A stretch of 64,000 bases of DNA, taken from positions 1 to 64,000 of the forward strand of contig JAZSIR010000020.1 in the NCBI GenBank assembly GCA_045533905.1. Direction: 5' to 3'. The notes beneath the pieces were generated by a model, which was given only the letters and a program-made list of their open reading frames with translations, had not been told where the DNA came from and did not search any database. The position numbers and the translations under genes are program-made. This document shows positions 61,378 through 64,000 of this stretch, piece after piece (the stretch's first letter is position 1; the number at the start of each line of letters is the position of its first letter). The DNA comes from Clostridia bacterium (GTDB taxonomy: Bacteria > Bacillota > Clostridia > UMGS1883 > UMGS1540).

Positions 61378-64000
61378 ATGCGTAAATCTTACAAGGTACT
61401 GAAAAGAACATATAAAATGCTTGCAAAAGGCGGAAAACCGCTTTATAGCGGTTCTTCCGGCGAATGGCTTCTCGATAATTTCTATATTCTTACAGGCGAG
61501 TATGCCGCGCTGCGCGGGCTTCGTAAGGGTACGCGCAGCAGCCGTATGGCCTGGAAGGAGATTTCTTCTTTTGCGGCGTGTTTCCTTGAAAAGCACGGAT
61601 ATGTCTTTGAAGAATCTGCACTTTGGGAAGCACTGCGAGCGCGTGTAGCCACTCCGTTTTCTTCTGAAGCGCTCCATCTTCTCCCCGCAGCTGTTTCCTC
61701 TTCCCTTTTACAAAAAGCTGCAGAAATTGCGAAAAAGCCGTATGAGGACGGTGGAATGGGGACAGTAATCAAATCCTTCCTCGCACTGCAAAGCCTCGAT
61801 ATGAAGGAAATTTTTGCAGTGTATTCACCTATCGATGCCCTCTTATCTGAAGATACAACCTTCCGTGATACTACTTTTCATACAAAGGAGCTGTATCGGC
61901 GCGCAGTTTCCCGTCTCGCTCGGGAAGCTGCGCTCTCTGATGGAGAAGTGACGCGCACGGTTCTGCGGCTTTGCCGCGAAAAAAAGGGGCCACGCGTACA
62001 AGCCGGATACTTTCTTCTTGGTGAGGGTGAACATGCGCTTCGCGCCGCCCTGTCTCTTCCCCCGAAAAAGGCCCCACGTCTTTTTGCCTATTATCTAATT
62101 TCTGTGGCGCTCCTATCCGGAACACTTCTTTTTGGTGTATACGCCTTCACCAAAAGCTTTGTCTGGACAGCATTCTCGCTTCTCCCGGCTTTGGACGCAG
62201 CCCTGCAGATTTTAGAACACATTTTTCTCAAAAGTACACCTCCGCGTGTTCTTCCCCGTCTTGCACTTTCAGAGGGGATCCCGGAAAAAGTTCTCATTGT
62301 ATTTCCAACGCTTCTGTCTTCCTCCAAAAAAGCCAAAGAGATGGTAGAAAAACTCGAAATATGCTTTCTTGCAAACCGCGACCCCAATCTTTGCCTTGCT
62401 GTTTTGGGAGACTTCAAAGACAGCAAGACGCCTTTTGAAGATCCAGAAATCCCGTCTGCCGCCGCGGAAGAAATCGCTCGTCTGAACCAAAAGTACGGTC
62501 CGCACTTCTTTCTCCTTTGCAGAAGCCAGATCTATGCCGCGCGGCAGGGCCGCTGGATGGGCAATGAAAGGAAGCGCGGCGCGCTTTGCGACCTGAATCA
62601 CTTCCTCCGCGGGAGATATTCTTTTGCATATACAGAAGGTCCCGTCGAGTCCCTTGTGGGTATCCGGTATGTGCTGACGCTGGATGACGATACACTTCTC
62701 CCGCCGGGGGCTGCCAAAAAGCTTTTCGGCACCGCACTGCACCCGCAAAACACACCGCGGATGGAAGATGGGCGCGTCGTTTCCGGCTATGGCATTATTT
62801 CCCCGAAAATATCGCTGCGGCTGGAAAGCACAACACGTACTCTTTTCTCGCGTATTTTTGGCGGGGATGGCGGCATCAGCACCTACCATACTGCCGCCTC
62901 CGAATTTTATATGGATATGTTTGGCGAAGCCGTTTTCACGGGCAAAGGCATCTACCACGTGGACAACTTTCTCTCTGCCGTTTCTCTCCCTCAGGATACG
63001 GTTTTAAGCCATGATATTCTGGAAGGTGGGTTTCTCCGCTGCGGCATTGCCTCTGATGTGGAAGTGTTTGACTCTTTCCCGCGGAGACTTTCCGAATTCT
63101 CTATGCGCCTGCACCGCTGGACAAGAGGAGATTGGCAAAATCTTCCTTGGCTCTTCAAAAAGGTGCGGGACGGCGAAAGCAAGAAAAAGCCGAATGTACT
63201 CTCGCCGCTTTCCAAATGGAAAATTTTTGATAACTTACGGCGTTCTCTCACCCTTCCTTTTGTTTTGCTTCTCCTTGCTTTCGGCACGCCTCGTGCAATG
63301 ACCCTTCCTTTTGTTATGCTTTTCCTTCCGGCCTTTTTTTCTCTCGTGGATGTTCTTTTGGGAAAACAGTTTCGCTTGCGGCGCTATTTCTCGCCGGTCT
63401 GGAGCGGCCTTCGCGCCTCTTTATACAGAGCCACCGCCACCGTGGCTTTCCTTCCGCATCTGGCATTCACGTCGGTCTCAGCCGCCATCATAGGCCTTTA
63501 CCGACTCCGAAAAAGAAAGAACACACTCGAATGGGTAACGGCCGCCGATGCTGAAAACAGTCGTAAGGACAGCATTTTTGACATCTTTTCGCAAATGCTC
63601 TTTTCGCTTTCTTTTGGTCTTTCTGTTTTTCTTGCCTTTCTTTCCGGTATTTTTTCGATGGGCGGCATGCATCTGATTCTTTCCGCGCTCTTTTGTGCCT
63701 CTCCCCTTCTTGCCTTTTTCCTCGGTTGGGAAACAACCGCGCCACAAACTTCACTCTCGCAAAAAGAAGAAAAATTTCTCCGGGAAACCGCAGAAAAAAC
63801 CTGGCACTTTTTCCGTGATTATATGACAGAAGAAGACCATTTTCTCCCCCCTGACAATGTACAGGTTTCTCCCTACAAAGGCCCTGCGCACCGCACCAGT
63901 CCCACGAATATCGGGCTGGGGCTTTTAGCCTGCATTTCTGCTTTTGACCTCGGCTTTATAGATAGGGCAGAAATGGAAGCGCGTATCGAAAAAACGATGA
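61378..64000 (+). CDS. Cyclic beta-1,2-glucan synthase-like (Cgs/NdvB) protein, 5' part (runs off the window)
   Basis: GGAGG RBS, ATG at 61378. In-frame motifs EWLLDNFY, WMGNERKRG, YVLTLDDDT, FTGKGIY, LSHDILEG, RLHRWTRGDWQ, TM segments, LPPDN.Q, HRTSPTNIGL. Absent from the ORF track because there is no stop in the window. Confidence 0.9.
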   Translation, partial: MRKSYKVLKRTYKMLAKGGKPLYSGSSGEWLLDNFYILTGEYAALRGLRKGTRSSRMAWKEISSFAACFLEKHGYVFEESALWEALRARVATPFSSEALHLLPAAVSSSLLQKAAEIAKKPYEDGGMGTVIKSFLALQSLDMKEIFAVYSPIDALLSEDTTFRDTTFHTKELYRRAVSRLAREAALSDGEVTRTVLRLCREKKGPRVQAGYFLLGEGEHALRAALSLPPKKAPRLFAYYLISVALLSGTLLFGVYAFTKSFVWTAFSLLPALDAALQILEHIFLKSTPPRVLPRLALSEGIPEKVLIVFPTLLSSSKKAKEMVEKLEICFLANRDPNLCLAVLGDFKDSKTPFEDPEIPSAAAEEIARLNQKYGPHFFLLCRSQIYAARQGRWMGNERKRGALCDLNHFLRGRYSFAYTEGPVESLVGIRYVLTLDDDTLLPPGAAKKLFGTALHPQNTPRMEDGRVVSGYGIISPKISLRLESTTRTLFSRIFGGDGGISTYHTAASEFYMDMFGEAVFTGKGIYHVDNFLSAVSLPQDTVLSHDILEGGFLRCGIASDVEVFDSFPRRLSEFSMRLHRWTRGDWQNLPWLFKKVRDGESKKKPNVLSPLSKWKIFDNLRRSLTLPFVLLLLAFGTPRAMTLPFVMLFLPAFFSLVDVLLGKQFRLRRYFSPVWSGLRASLYRATATVAFLPHLAFTSVSAAIIGLYRLRKRKNTLEWVTAADAENSRKDSIFDIFSQMLFSLSFGLSVFLAFLSGIFSMGGMHLILSALFCASPLLAFFLGWETTAPQTSLSQKEEKFLRETAEKTWHFFRDYMTEEDHFLPPDNVQVSPYKGPAHRTSPTNIGLGLLACISAFDLGFIDRAEMEARIEKTM

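Overview
Chromosomal window from a spore-forming Clostridia-type Firmicute, inferred from the sporulation genes (spoVT, spmAB, gpr, sleB, ytfJ, spoIIQ-like) and the clostridial single-chain PurL. It is mostly housekeeping: rpsB-tsf, rnhB, tRNA-Leu(TAG), the hrcA-grpE-dnaK-dnaJ operon with a CIRCE, folD, glyA, proS, purL, scpAB, lysA, trpS, ilvE and fba. Accessory or less usual parts are: (i) the left end of an IS3-family element at the window edge, with an RBS-sequestering hairpin; (ii) a self-contained UDP-ManNAc/UDP-L-FucNAc precursor operon ending in an uncharacterised nucleotidyltransferase; (iii) a flavodiiron-reductase-rubredoxin fusion with a free rubredoxin; (iv) an HrcA about 100 aa shorter than usual; (v) an Mre11/Rad50-like pair whose ATPase has membrane helices at its hinge; (vi) a structured ~180-nt leader and an internally deleted IS200/IS605 remnant near 59.7-60.2 kb; (vii) the 5' part of a cyclic beta-1,2-glucan synthase-like gene running off the right edge. 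Several real small genes are missing from the supplied ORF track (rubredoxin, a 52-aa ORF before luxS, a YtxH-like ORF). No CRISPR array, prophage or rRNA was seen. No clear-cut novel system is proven here; the best candidates are ranked in the findings. All family calls come from recognising motifs by eye, not from database searches.
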